From Balanoglossus misakiensis (Eukaryota > Animalia > Hemichordata): DNA of 64,000 bases. Position numbers and translations under genes: made by a program. The stretch is from positions 5,627,319 through 5,691,318 of the forward strand of contig CM082594.2 of assembly GCA_040954595.2 (NCBI GenBank). The letters run 5' to 3'. Under the pieces are notes generated by a model, which was given only the letters and a program-made list of their open reading frames with translations, searched no databases and was not told where the DNA came from. Below, piece by piece: positions 39,776 through 51,700 of the stretch (the first letter of the stretch is position 1; every line of letters starts with the position of its first letter).

Positions 39776-41209
39776 TGATGTGTACTAAAACTATCCACTG
39801 ATATTTTGATTCCCTGACAGTATATCAACATATTAGACCGGCATCACATTTCTCATTAACCGGAGAGGTTCATAATGGAATGTTAGTAGTAATGATCCTT
39901 AAATTGAGTCTGGAGATCAGTTTACTCCAGTGTATAATTTACATGTAAATATCTGCACCTGATGATGGTGGATCCCTAAACTACTATGTTCTGTCAATAC
40001 ATGCTGTCCATTATCGACTCCTGGATGTTCCATAAACCACTGACCACTGACCCACATTCATCTGATTTAATGATGTCTAAATAGTACTCCTGTCACAGAT
40101 TGCCTCCCTTGCTACAAGAGTTTACCCTGAGAATATTTTGAATTCTTTTCATCCGGCTGCCCTCCATGAATCATAGACACAGGAGAGGTCGGACATCCGT
40201 TGAACAAAACTGGCAACATCACTTCAAGTGACAGCCTAGAGTTGTTCAGTTTCAAGTACCATGTAATAAGTCAACAAAGATTATAATGTTAAACCAGCAA
40301 ATAAGTTTCCCCTATTAACTGTCCGGTTAGGTTGTGTATGCCATAATAAACTGTTGATTTGATTACTTATTAAATTATGCCAGTAACATTTATAGGTTGA
40401 TACTAGGTTTGCACTTCCTGTAGGAATTACATCCTTCTGACTTGCAAACGATATCATAAAACATTTTTTTTTACATATTCTACCTCTGCATTTGTTTTTC
40501 AGACAGATGTCATCATCAGGACAACGCCTCAAGACAAATGCAAGGAAACAGAAATAGTACTGATGTCCTCTGAAGGACGCTGTACAGTGCAGAGAGAAAG
40601 TCCCTGAAATGTACATCATCCTTCATTAACATGCCACTCCCCCCTGCAGTGCAGGTGACTATCGAAATGGACATCCCTGGCAAAACAAACAATACAACGT
40701 TCATACATTCATATTTAAGTGAGCCTAAATCTAAAACCTGTCGTAATCTTAGGCGACCAATAAAACTGTGGCGAAGAAGTAACGTAACATGGAAAAGGGG
40801 GTGTTTACTTGAGATGGCGGACAGCTATGGTAATCTGACACTTGGCAGAAAGATAACTTCGCGGTGAAACGCACTGAAAACAGTGGGGTGATCGTTTATG
40901 TACAGCTTTATCTCATGAACGGATAGACAAGAGACGACTGCACTTCCGATACTGAAGTTCACGTTTCCGAATCCGGAATATGAATTCTCACCAGACAGAT
41001 TTTACAATATACGATAGACATCGACAGCTAAACAGCGTAAACAGCTGACCTGTTCGACTGGACGTAAACAACGTTGTATATGAAAACAAACATCGCCGTG
41101 TTTTGTGTACCAGCTACGAAAACCCACGTGTACTGTCAAGATTTCTCTATCGAATACACGGCTGGTGATCACGACTGTCGAGTAGGAAAAGGGCGATCGT
41201 CTACACTAC

Positions 41210-41375
41210 CTTCGATACACACGACATGTTCCCTCAGCGAGTTCTGGATGATCGGGTCCTCTATCTGCTCCAGGAGATCGTAGATCGCATAAATGTGGGG
41301 ATGGACGCTCTCGAATCGCTGGATCTCCTCCCTGGTCGCCAACGAGTTACTAATCTCTGGGTGATAGGAGTTCAT
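41210..41375 (-). CDS. AGAP1: First coding exon of an AGAP1/AGAP3-like (centaurin-gamma; GTPase-like, PH, ArfGAP, ankyrin) gene; the gene continues leftwards beyond the window
   Basis: Translates to [55 protein letters not shown], closely matching the conserved AGAP1/3 N-terminus ([20 protein letters not shown]...LQNQIREHVIAIE, recalled). It ends in a phase-1 donor, GAA G|gtagtg, at 41210/41209. I did not find the expected next exon (DAFVNSQEWTLSRSVP-like) in the window. Confidence 0.9.
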
Positions 41376-41439
41376 CTTGGAGTACGTTCCATATATCCGA
41401 CAGAGACTACGCCATAGTTCAACTGGAAAAAAATCCACA

Positions 41440-42750
41440 GTTTTCGGAGTTTAAGCGAGAAGTCTGACACACACCGGAAATATACAGACTGTAGTGAAAT
41501 TGACATGCGCAGCCCACTCACAGTTGTCCCCAGACTTTTCCCACAATGCACCTGTCCTGTGCCGACAGTCTGAAACTGCTCGTGAAAAACTCAACTAAAA
41601 TATCGCATCAATGAGCTTTCAGTGTATTTCAGTGTTATTTTGGGGGCTGTGGACACTGTACCTAACTTTTGGATGCTTCAGAAACCGAATAATTTTGTTT
41701 GTTTACTCGCAAGACAGCAATGTAGTGTCTCTTCATTCATGATGGCTGAATGAAACTCGAAGGGGTGTACTGTTTAGTGTACAGTATGTTCTGAGGATTT
41801 TGAAACAGTTCATGCATTGTAGACATATTGAATGAATTTTGTTGAATCACTGGGTATTGAAGTATAATTTCGGTTATGCTTAAAATAATATTAATCGCGT
41901 TTTCGCGCTGACACAGCGAAAGAATGTCCATCCCGTGCGATGGACAGCAATGAAAACAAAAGTGCAAATGTACACTATATAGAGGGCGCCACGGCGAAGT
42001 AAACGCTGACTGCAGACGACGCGACAGACTAAGCTGTAAACTTCGTTTATTCCGTAAATCTTTATGGTGGTAAAGTGACGAATTCGACATCTGATCGTGC
42101 GCCTCAATCTACATACATCACGACGGAGGATCTAGGAAAAAGATCGACTTGAGCGACTATTAAAAATAACAATTCCTCTGAGAATAATGGGGGTAGAAAA
42201 AGTTGGAGAAGTCCATGATGGCTGAGATGGGAAAGGGATGATCATGTTGTTTTCAACAAATAAGTTGTGTTTTCAAGAATTGGTGACAGACAAAGTCTTA
42301 CGTATCCTGTATTTGTTTTACTTTGAGGCTATATGTATAATAAAAGGACATTTCACGCTTCAAACAAGAGGAGTTGAATCGTCTCTTGCAGGCGCTCTTT
42401 TAACTCTTCTGGTTCACAGATTACCGATGAGCAAGCAGCAGGCGACGACATACAAAGTGAAACTGGATAAAAGTGCCGTGATTTGCGAAGTCGAAAGAAG
42501 CGATGATGCTTGCGTTACAAAGCAAACTAATTTTGTCGTTTTTCGATATACATAAGGATATAAAACACTCGGGGACCGTCGACTAACCACAAGTCGCACA
42601 CACGCACGCGACCGCGCGCAAAACGGTAAGCGTTCTTTGGAACGCAGTTTGACACACGCCTGCTGTTCAAACCGCTCCAGCGCGTTTCCGTTGGTCTCAT
42701 CATGAAAAATTCCCCCGGATACTACGATGGGTTAATTATTGGAGATCAAA
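41440..42750. promoter_or_regulatory. Putative bidirectional promoter between AGAP (-) and the mosaic receptor gene (+)
   Basis: The two divergent start codons are 1.4 kb apart and the interval is CpG-rich. It contains an ETS-like ACCGGAAAT (41473-41481) and a ZNF143/STAF-like TTCCCACAATGCA (41538-41550). Confidence 0.55.
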
Positions 42751-42751
42751 A

Positions 42752-45700
42752 ATGAAAATCACCTGGAAACTCCTTATTTTCTTCACACTCATCCTATTGC
42801 TTTATATACAAGAGTGTGATGCTAAAAGGGGCGACAAGAAGAAGCCCAAGCCTGCCAAGGATGATGAAGCAGACACAGAAGAAAGAACGGACAAGAGGGC
42901 CAAGGATGATGAAGCAAACACAGAAGAAAGAACGGACAAGAGGGCCAAGGATGATGAAGCGGACACAGTAGAAATAACAGAGGAAACCAAAGGTAAGTTG
43001 TTACCGAAATAGATGGGTGGTGGACCCACCTGTACGTACCCCATCACAAACACAATGTTAAGAACTTGGAATACGAGGCCATTCTACACCTTGCAGTGCA
43101 GTGGGAGGGGAAACCTACATACCATCTTATTTTTGTCGCAACATTTTCGAACCATAGCCATTGGAAATCGGTTCATACACCATCATTTTCACAGAAAGAG
43201 GTTCTTTCTGGTAATAACCCAGAACAATATTGCGTTAAAGGGGGCACAGCATCTGTAGTTAATGTTTATTTGGTAATATTGGCCAAATTCACTCTATTTC
43301 ATGTCAATGTACTGTGCAAGAAACATCGTACCGTTTAATTGTTATGCAAATAAGATACTACAATGTATCTGATATATACTAATTTCTGCAGTGAATTTGA
43401 AGGAAATAAACATTGCATTCTGTTTGACTATGAATATATTTGAACTTGACTCAGATTTCTGTAATTTATCCCCATAGCATGCAATCCCAAATATTGTGGA
43501 CAATTTGTACAAAAGTGCATGTGAATAAAAACATAAGTCAGTCATCTCGAAGAAGCACTGGGCTGATCTTGGAAAAATTGCAGTTTTAAGTGTAATTTTC
43601 AAATATCCAGCCAGCCACTTTGGACATTATACAATTCTCTGTTAATGTTCATCTTTCATTTGTCTGGAACCTTACATTTTTAACATTGTGTTCTAGCTGC
43701 CAAAATGTAAAAATTACATATTCTCTCTCCATCACCTGTAGGTGGGGACAGGATAAGTGTAGCAAACAGAGAAAATGTTTGCGAAGGTACAGAAACCTCT
43801 GGAAGTTGTACAATGGTGAAAAATCTAGGCGACAGGGTGGACATGAGAATTGACATCCGGGGCCGGTTCAGTCCAGAAGAAATAACGTGGTACCGAAGAG
43901 TGAAAGTTTACGAAGAACCAAACCTTCAGACTATCCCCTTACTGAAGAACGGTCGCCCACCGGATAACATGTACATGAGCAATAACCGCAGTCAAGTTGT
44001 CATTCTGCACTTGAGAGATTACGACGTCTCCAGCAACAGTTTCAAGGTTGTCCTGAACGTGGCTGACACTCTCTCGGAACAAATATTTATCATTGATCTT
44101 GAACCTATTGGTAAGTTGTATGAATTACTTCCTTCAACTGTTTCACCACCCCTCCAGTAGCTGGTGTGGGTTGACCCACGCCGTTCAAACATTATACTGG
44201 ATTCAGATTGTCACACATAAATTCAAAAAGTTTTTTTTTATCATTTATGGGCGAGGAGGTTCGACTTCAGTTCAATTAGTGAATTATGATCTACATATGT
44301 TCTGCGCACAGATATTGGCATCCAACACATCGGCGACAGTTTGGAAATCAACATTGACAAGTACATCACCTTGCCAACCTACGCTGCTTACCTGTTCTGG
44401 TTCATGGAATCGAAAAGCGAACTGCCCTCCAACGTGGAAGCCACCCAGAATGGTCACCTGCTGCAGATCTCGAACCTGATGGAAGAGAATTACGGGGTGG
44501 TCACATGCGTGGTGTACAGTACAGACAAATACTTTGTTGCAAAGCGAAGATTTAGAGTTAGCAGAGGTAAAGTGGCAATGTTGCTTTGTTTGTTTTATTC
44601 CAGACGTGAGATTTTCAGTAAACAGTTAAGACAAGACACTGATTGGCTTTCTTTTCCATTAATCCAGCCAGGTAACCTGTCTGATAAAAGTCCCGCCAAA
44701 TTAGACCACCAGAGGGCGCTAAAGTATTATAAACAAAATATTGGATTGGCTAAAGTTACTGAAACAATTAAAAAACATCTTAAGTCGCTTCCATACTCGT
44801 AATAATGACACCCTCGTCATCATTCAGTCGTTTGGATTAATATCGTTTGAAACAAATGTGTCAGTGATACTCATTATCTTTATGTTTCAGAGATTGAAAT
44901 TTATCCCCTGTCTCCTGTGTATCCAAGAGAAATATTCCGTCCTGTAGGATCGTCTGCCAGTTTTGCAGTTCGAATCATTGGTGAATACAAGCCTGAGAAT
45001 CTAATATGGTAAGTAATGTTTTGAGTTGGGTCGCCACCTACTTGTGGAAACCCTAAGCATTGCTAGTTTCATGTGAAACAGAACAAACATATAACACTTG
45101 ATTTCCACCTCAAACACAGGTATAAAGGTCTTACAAAAGTTGACGTAGACACCAGAGCCGATGTCTTGCTCAGTGATGAAGGAAGAAATTTGACGGTTTT
45201 GCACCTGAAGAAAAGTGACTACGGTAGCTACATCTGCACCATAAAAGACGAAGTCACTCAGAAAACCCTGGCTAAAACCGATTTCCAATTGTCCCAACCA
45301 GGTTTGTAATTGAAGACAAACTGAAATAGTTGAGTTTATAGGTGTCATCAATTGGTCTGTCACAAGTATGTAATGTACTTTATGAATGTTGTGACAGTGT
45401 GATGTAAACCAGTGCAGTAAGAAATGGGAAAAAAATTACACCTTATTTCCTTTCTTTATCTTGTAAGTTTTTGATGTAAAAAAATGTTAAACAGTTGTAC
45501 AATGTGCATGTTTTGAGTCAAGTATTAAGGTTTTCCAGGAAGTTGTTTTTCATTTTTCTCTCATCCTGTGGGAAGAGACACATTCAGAGGACTTACATGT
45601 ACAGTGCATGCACATGCTTACCTTTTCACTGACTCCTCCCCATTTCTCTGCATGTTGATCCGTCCAATTCACTGAAAACAATAGGGACGAACCAAAAATC

Positions 45701-48700
45701 TGAAATTGAAAGGGTCAAAAATTGGTGCTTTTTGTCATGATGATGGATTTGCAGAATATGAAAGTACTCTCCGATAACAGTTCTGATATTCTGTAATTTC
45801 TGCAGTGTTTGATCACTATGGTGATATTGCTCACTACTGGGACTTCGGAATGATGCAGCAGCCCGATGCCAAGAGCGTTGCGTTCCTCGACACAATATCG
45901 CACCGCAAAAGTATTGGGACTTGTGCAGATACAGGAGATGGCATCGTGGGCAAAAGTGTGTATTTGAACATGGAACGCAGGAAATGTGATGGTGAGTCAC
46001 CTCTATTTTTGTTTTCATATATTTTTTTTTTAAATTCTGTACTTTAAAAGACTTAACCATATCTTGTCATACCACAAATGTTCTGGGAATAAGTTTTTGA
46101 AAGTCCTGAAAAATGAAATTCTCCCCTAAAAATTCCAAACTGATTTAAGCCACATATGCTATACATTGTATTTATAATGGCGGCGATTGTGAGAAATCTT
46201 TGACAAAACTACTGCAGTCAAAACTTGAATACACCTGGAAAAATTCCAGGTAAGATCTGGAATTTTGAAAAATTACCGGAAAATTCAATTTTATTACAGG
46301 GTATTTCACATTATTTGAAGACAAGTATGCAGAAGAATGTTTGATAGAACCTGATAATTGCATAGATGGTCTTTCAATGTCAATGTGGGTCAACCTCCAA
46401 TCTGCAACCGGAGATGAGTAAGTTTAAGGATTGTCACATTTCTTCTATGGTCTCATTGTTTTCAGATCTTAGACTTTGCTTTAAATGTCATTTTAAAACA
46501 GATTTTTTTTTATGTTTTAAGTATTGGGCACTTCATAGATTTTTCAAAAGAGACCAGTGGTTTAGCTAAAATTTGCCTCTCATAGAGCTGTGGTTTTGTA
46601 ACCAATTACTGTTCTTCCTCCCCCACCCCACCCCAGTTGGCTATATCTACTCTGTGGAGAACCCAGAGGTTTGTGTATGAAAGGCAAACTCCTGCAAGGG
46701 AAAGTCCTTAACTTCAACATTAACATCCAGATGACAACAACTGAAAGGAGGTGGAGAGTTGACGGCATGCGTCTTTCTGTGGAGGAGTGGCATAACATCG
46801 TCGTGTCGTGGGATCCCATTGGCGAGATGAGAGTTTATCTGAATGCTGAACTCATAGGCTCTGTCTTCGGTGAAGACAAGCAACAGCTAAGGTAATTAGA
46901 TAATGATAAATGATCATTTCATCAATGTGATATGCATAGCGCCTGGTCATAAATTTTACTTGAGCGGTTTACAGTTGTAGGAGAGATATCTGAACAGATA
47001 CCACTCTGAAAATGGCAACTCAGTTGTCCAGGATCTTAAGAAAAAACAACGAAACTTGAAAAGTGGTTTTCTCTATAATTCTCAGTGCATATTAACTTCC
47101 TGCAAAAACTCTGACACTTTCTGAACTAATTTTATTCTTCAGGGTCGACGGGGAAGTACATTTTGCATACCTTGCAAGAGGTTCAGCCGCAGAGAATGAC
47201 ATTTCCTATCCCAAGGGGCAGTTTGATGAACTTGTAATTTGGTATCAACGAGTCATCTCAGCAAAGGAAACTGCTACTATGTTCCTACAAGTGCGAGGTT
47301 AGACACAATAGATGGTTTCCGAGATATCCAATACACCTGGTGTTACTTTTTTTGACCACTTGAAGGCACTATGCAGGGTAAATGACATGCTGAGGACCAT
47401 GTATCAAGTATTTTGAGTCAGAAATAACATTGACTTTTTTTCTTATTTCCACTCCAGGTATGGGACCATACGAAGAGGATGCATCAATCTATGAGTTTGA
47501 AGTGAATGAAGGTGATAGCGTTACATTTCACTGCCCGTATCAGATACCACTCCTGTTCCGGTCTCATCTCAATTGGGTGAGGGACGACAAGATCCTTGCA
47601 GAATTGCGCGGGCGGTCAGATGTTCGTGTTATTGCCGACACTATGCTGGACATGACTTGTCAATATTTCAGTGGCTCCAGGTTGGTCCTGTCAGAGCCAT
47701 TCAAGATAAAGTTTCAAGGTAAACATAGGTGTTTGGAGCTTCATCATTTTTCATCCCAAATATGGTTTCTTCGGTGGGTTTTCGCATCATTTGATTTTTC
47801 GCCAGATTTAACATTATGCATTTTGAATTGTCAGCTAATTTTGTCACAAGGGAAAGCCATGAATGTTTTAGCAATGAATGACATAAGGATGGTTAAAATA
47901 TGATATTTTCGACCAATGTTTGTTTTCCAGGTGTTCCTGAGGAACAAAAGAACATCCACGAACTCAGAACAGATGCCGAAGAAGAAGTTACGGAACAGGA
48001 AGACAAACACAATGAGATGATTTTACAGTTTCAGAAGACGGAGCAGCCAGCCGGTGTTGAACAGAAGGAAGTCCTACACGGTTAGTCATCAAAGATAAAG
48101 TTTCTGTGACTATATTAAGTACATTCCACAATGCTGTACAGATATGGCAAAATTTAAGATAATTGACTTTGCTGTTTTCACCTGTCCGTTTCTTATAGTG
48201 CTGCCATGTGCCAGCTACCCTTGCTTGAATGATGGAACTTGCGAAAACCAGGAAGTCAAGTACGAGCTCGGAGGGAACACCGTCACTGATTACTTGTACA
48301 AGTGTATTTGTACAGAAGGCTATGTGGGAGAAAACTGCCAGAAAGGTACGTATTTCAAAATATCACCACTCACCTTGAATGTTACTATGGAATTCCCATC
48401 AGAAGCCAGGAAATTGTTTCGGTCATCCTCTGTTGATTTTCTGAAATCCAAGCGATGCTTTTACGGTGAGGATGTTTGGTAATCCTGAAGTTGAAAAAGA
48501 TTTTCTTGAATAACTGTAGTCCAAAAACACTATAAACAATCTACTACTGTGTATTGTTTTTACTTGGACATTAAACAGCCAGGATTTTTTCAATTTGCCT
48601 CTGAACAGAGAAATCTGTATGTCACAGTAATCCGTGTGTGCACGGCCGATGTTTGGAAAATGCTGACAACACCAACTGGCAGTGTTTATGCCTACCTGGT

Positions 48701-51700
48701 TTCCAAGGCACTACTTGCGGCGAAGGTTAGTAACGTGGTCGAGGAAATTAAAATTTGCAATCAGCTGTAATAAGTTCATCGTCATTTTAGATTCCAAGTA
48801 CACTATTTTATGGTGTGTATTTTTAAGTCTGTGCATGCATCTCTGTTGCTTTTGACAAATATAAACTGTCTGTCATAGAAAGAAAGAACTGTTTAAATGC
48901 CTTTATTCCATCATTATAAATTATAGACAATGTAGCTTTAAGCGTACCTTTGCATTGGCCTTCTTTGGGACGTAATGTCTGCATTCATTTTCAGATGTCA
49001 ACGAGTGTGACGACGCAACCTTGAATGACTGTAGTCCATTTGCCGTGTGCGAGAACTCTGAAGGTTCCTACCAGTGTGAATGTCAAGCTGGTTACCATGG
49101 TGATGGTAAGCAGTGCACAGGTAAATCACACAACCTATTCCTGTCATCCGAGCAATTGAAAGTGAGAGAAAAAGTGGTCAAGGGTGTGGATCAGAAAGAA
49201 TTTCGAAACTTGTGGTGAACATATTTATCCGATTGTCACTAGGGATTTTTTCACTGGGCCAAAAAATAAAGATGGTCTGAAACTAAAATTACAAATGATG
49301 AAATACTGTAAACACTCTGAGTAATTCAACCAGTAAAAATAATAACAATTTTCAAACAGGCACAATGAAGGAAATGTCAAATTGGCCAAATACTGCCTAT
49401 GGTCAACAGGAAAACCACTAAAAATCAGTAGGTTGCAATTTACTGCACCTAAAGTGACAACTTCCTCGACTTTTGTGATTTTCTCACTCACAGCGCAGAA
49501 AGTTAAAATTAGCATCGCCAACCCCAGCATCTGTGACCACTACATGGAGAAAGTGCACAAGTGCATCATCATAACACACCAACTGCACCAATGTGGCATC
49601 GACATTGACATGGACATCACAGGAAAATACAGAACTGATCAGATAGTCTGGCTGAAGCACATCGCCAAGCTGAACAGAACATCTGCAAAAGCAACACAGG
49701 TAAAAAGTGTACTATGTCAATATGCACCAAACTTTCAATCAAGGGAAATTGCTTGGAATGTTTTTAGATACTTACTCAATCCACTCTCAGCCGAGTACAG
49801 TTAGACACATCTCCAGCCGCAGAATAGCAAGCCATTTATTCTTCCAGTTCCTTCTGAAATGACAAAAAAAACACCATGTTAATTTTGTCTAGGGATGCTC
49901 ACTGCATCATCAAATCCATCGAATGTGATACAACCAAACGGGGGAATCCTGTAAGACCATGATTACGTACTAACCAGGTAGTGTTTCACTTTTTCGAATA
50001 TCAAGATGATTGTTTCATTTGTTTGTGTTAATTTACAGTTCAAGGATGAAGAGGTTGAATTTATGGTCAGTGAAGACGGTAAAAAGAAACAGTTTAGTTG
50101 CGAGGAGAGTGATTTTGCTGAGAATTACTTCACAGTTGAAGTGCAGAATGGCCAGATACCAACACCAAAGTTTACAATAAAGATACTCCATAAATCTATA
50201 GGTGAGATTTTTTTTTTATTTTCTTTCTGTGACGATGTTGTCAAGACTGTCAAGTTGGGCAGGCAGCTAGACATAGAGAGACAGGTAGGCAGACAGACAT
50301 GATGCGGACGGAAAACAAGAAATTTTTTATATGAATCGATGCATTTTTTATTTCAGAACTCGGACCACAGTTACCCAACAAACCATTTGGTGTCAACGTA
50401 TACAATTTTGATCTGTTTCCTCACAACGACTGGATTGGCAAGTGGGTCATGGAGAAGACGCATGAATTTACAGTACTGGATCCACCCGATGTCACTTATC
50501 AATACCACATCACCAACCTGGACTCGAATACCATCGGATATTTGACGTATTATGCCTATGACGGCGATGAAAAACAAGTTGCTTCCAGAAGATTCCATGA
50601 TGAACTTGGTAATATTTTCTCACACATGTATGCTGAGAATCGAATATATCTTAGAAACAATCTTACTTGACATTTCTTTTTAAAGTTGGCAGGTAAAATT
50701 TCTGTTCGAGGTTGGAGCAATAGCCATAACATTTTTGTTCTTCATTGGCAGATATCAACGAATGTGAGCTAGGTACGCACGACTGTGATGAGTTTGCTGA
50801 ATGTGAGAATACACCATCATCTTTTATTTGTCACTGTCACACGGGCTATGAAGGCAGTGGAAGAAAGTGTGAAGGTAAGGACATGAGATCTGTCTTTTAC
50901 CAAATAAAATACATTAAAAGCACCAGTAGATGTTGACAGAGCATTCTTTGTTGGCTTTAAAATTCCTGGCCTTGTGTTTCACAAACCAGCATAAGTGACC
51001 CACGTTCTTATCACTGATTTCAATAACACTTTATACCAAGGAGAATCTAATATAATCAGCAATTAACTTCTGAGTTGTTTTTTTCATGCAAGATCAATAA
51101 TTTTAAATGTTCAGCTCTGGTTTCCAAAACTTACAAATCGTATAGATTCACTCGATTCGAACTCTTTCCATTCCAGATTTAGATGAATGCAATGTTTTCA
51201 ATATGAACAACTGTGACCGCAACGCAGACTGCGTCAATGCCCCTGGAAGCTACGAGTGTCACTGTAAAGACGGCTACAAGGGTGATGGGCACCACTGTAC
51301 TGAAATTGACTGCCCCGAGCTGCCGGAGTTTGCCAACGGACGGATGTCCGGAGGATCCCACTCATACTTTGATAATGCTATATTCTCGTGTTACAACGGT
51401 TACCGACTGTCGGGATCCAAGGCGTTGACCTGTTTACAGACAGGGCAGTGGAGTGCTGATCCGCCCGTGTGCGAAGGTTAGTTTTCTGTCAGGTCACAGT
51501 CTTGGACCAAATGATAAGGACAAACTTCCCAAGAGAGAGAGTGAGAGAGAGAGCTTGGATTCACATCAATTTGTCAGCCTATCTGAAAAATAAATACTTT
51601 TGCTGTTTATCGTTCTAACTTTCAGACGTAAATGAGTGTGAAGTCAGCAACTATTGTGATTCCCGAGCCATCTGCTCCAATCTGCCCGGTACATTTGAAT

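Larger units (their letters stand above)
1..41209 (-). other. Large (>41 kb) first intron of the AGAP gene, extending past the left edge of the window
   Basis: Begins at the donor at 41209. By eye I found no downstream AGAP exon and no convincing independent protein-coding gene in 1-41209. The region is rich in repeats and TE remnants. Confidence 0.7.

Noticed and set aside
41376-41438. N-terminal extension of the AGAP ORF shown in the ORF track
   Set aside because: It starts at a non-ATG codon; family homology begins at the ATG at 41375.
45073-45119. 5' part of the ORF at 45073 as coding sequence
   Set aside because: Phase continuity requires the acceptor at 45119/45120, completing the Trp codon from exon 44891-45008.
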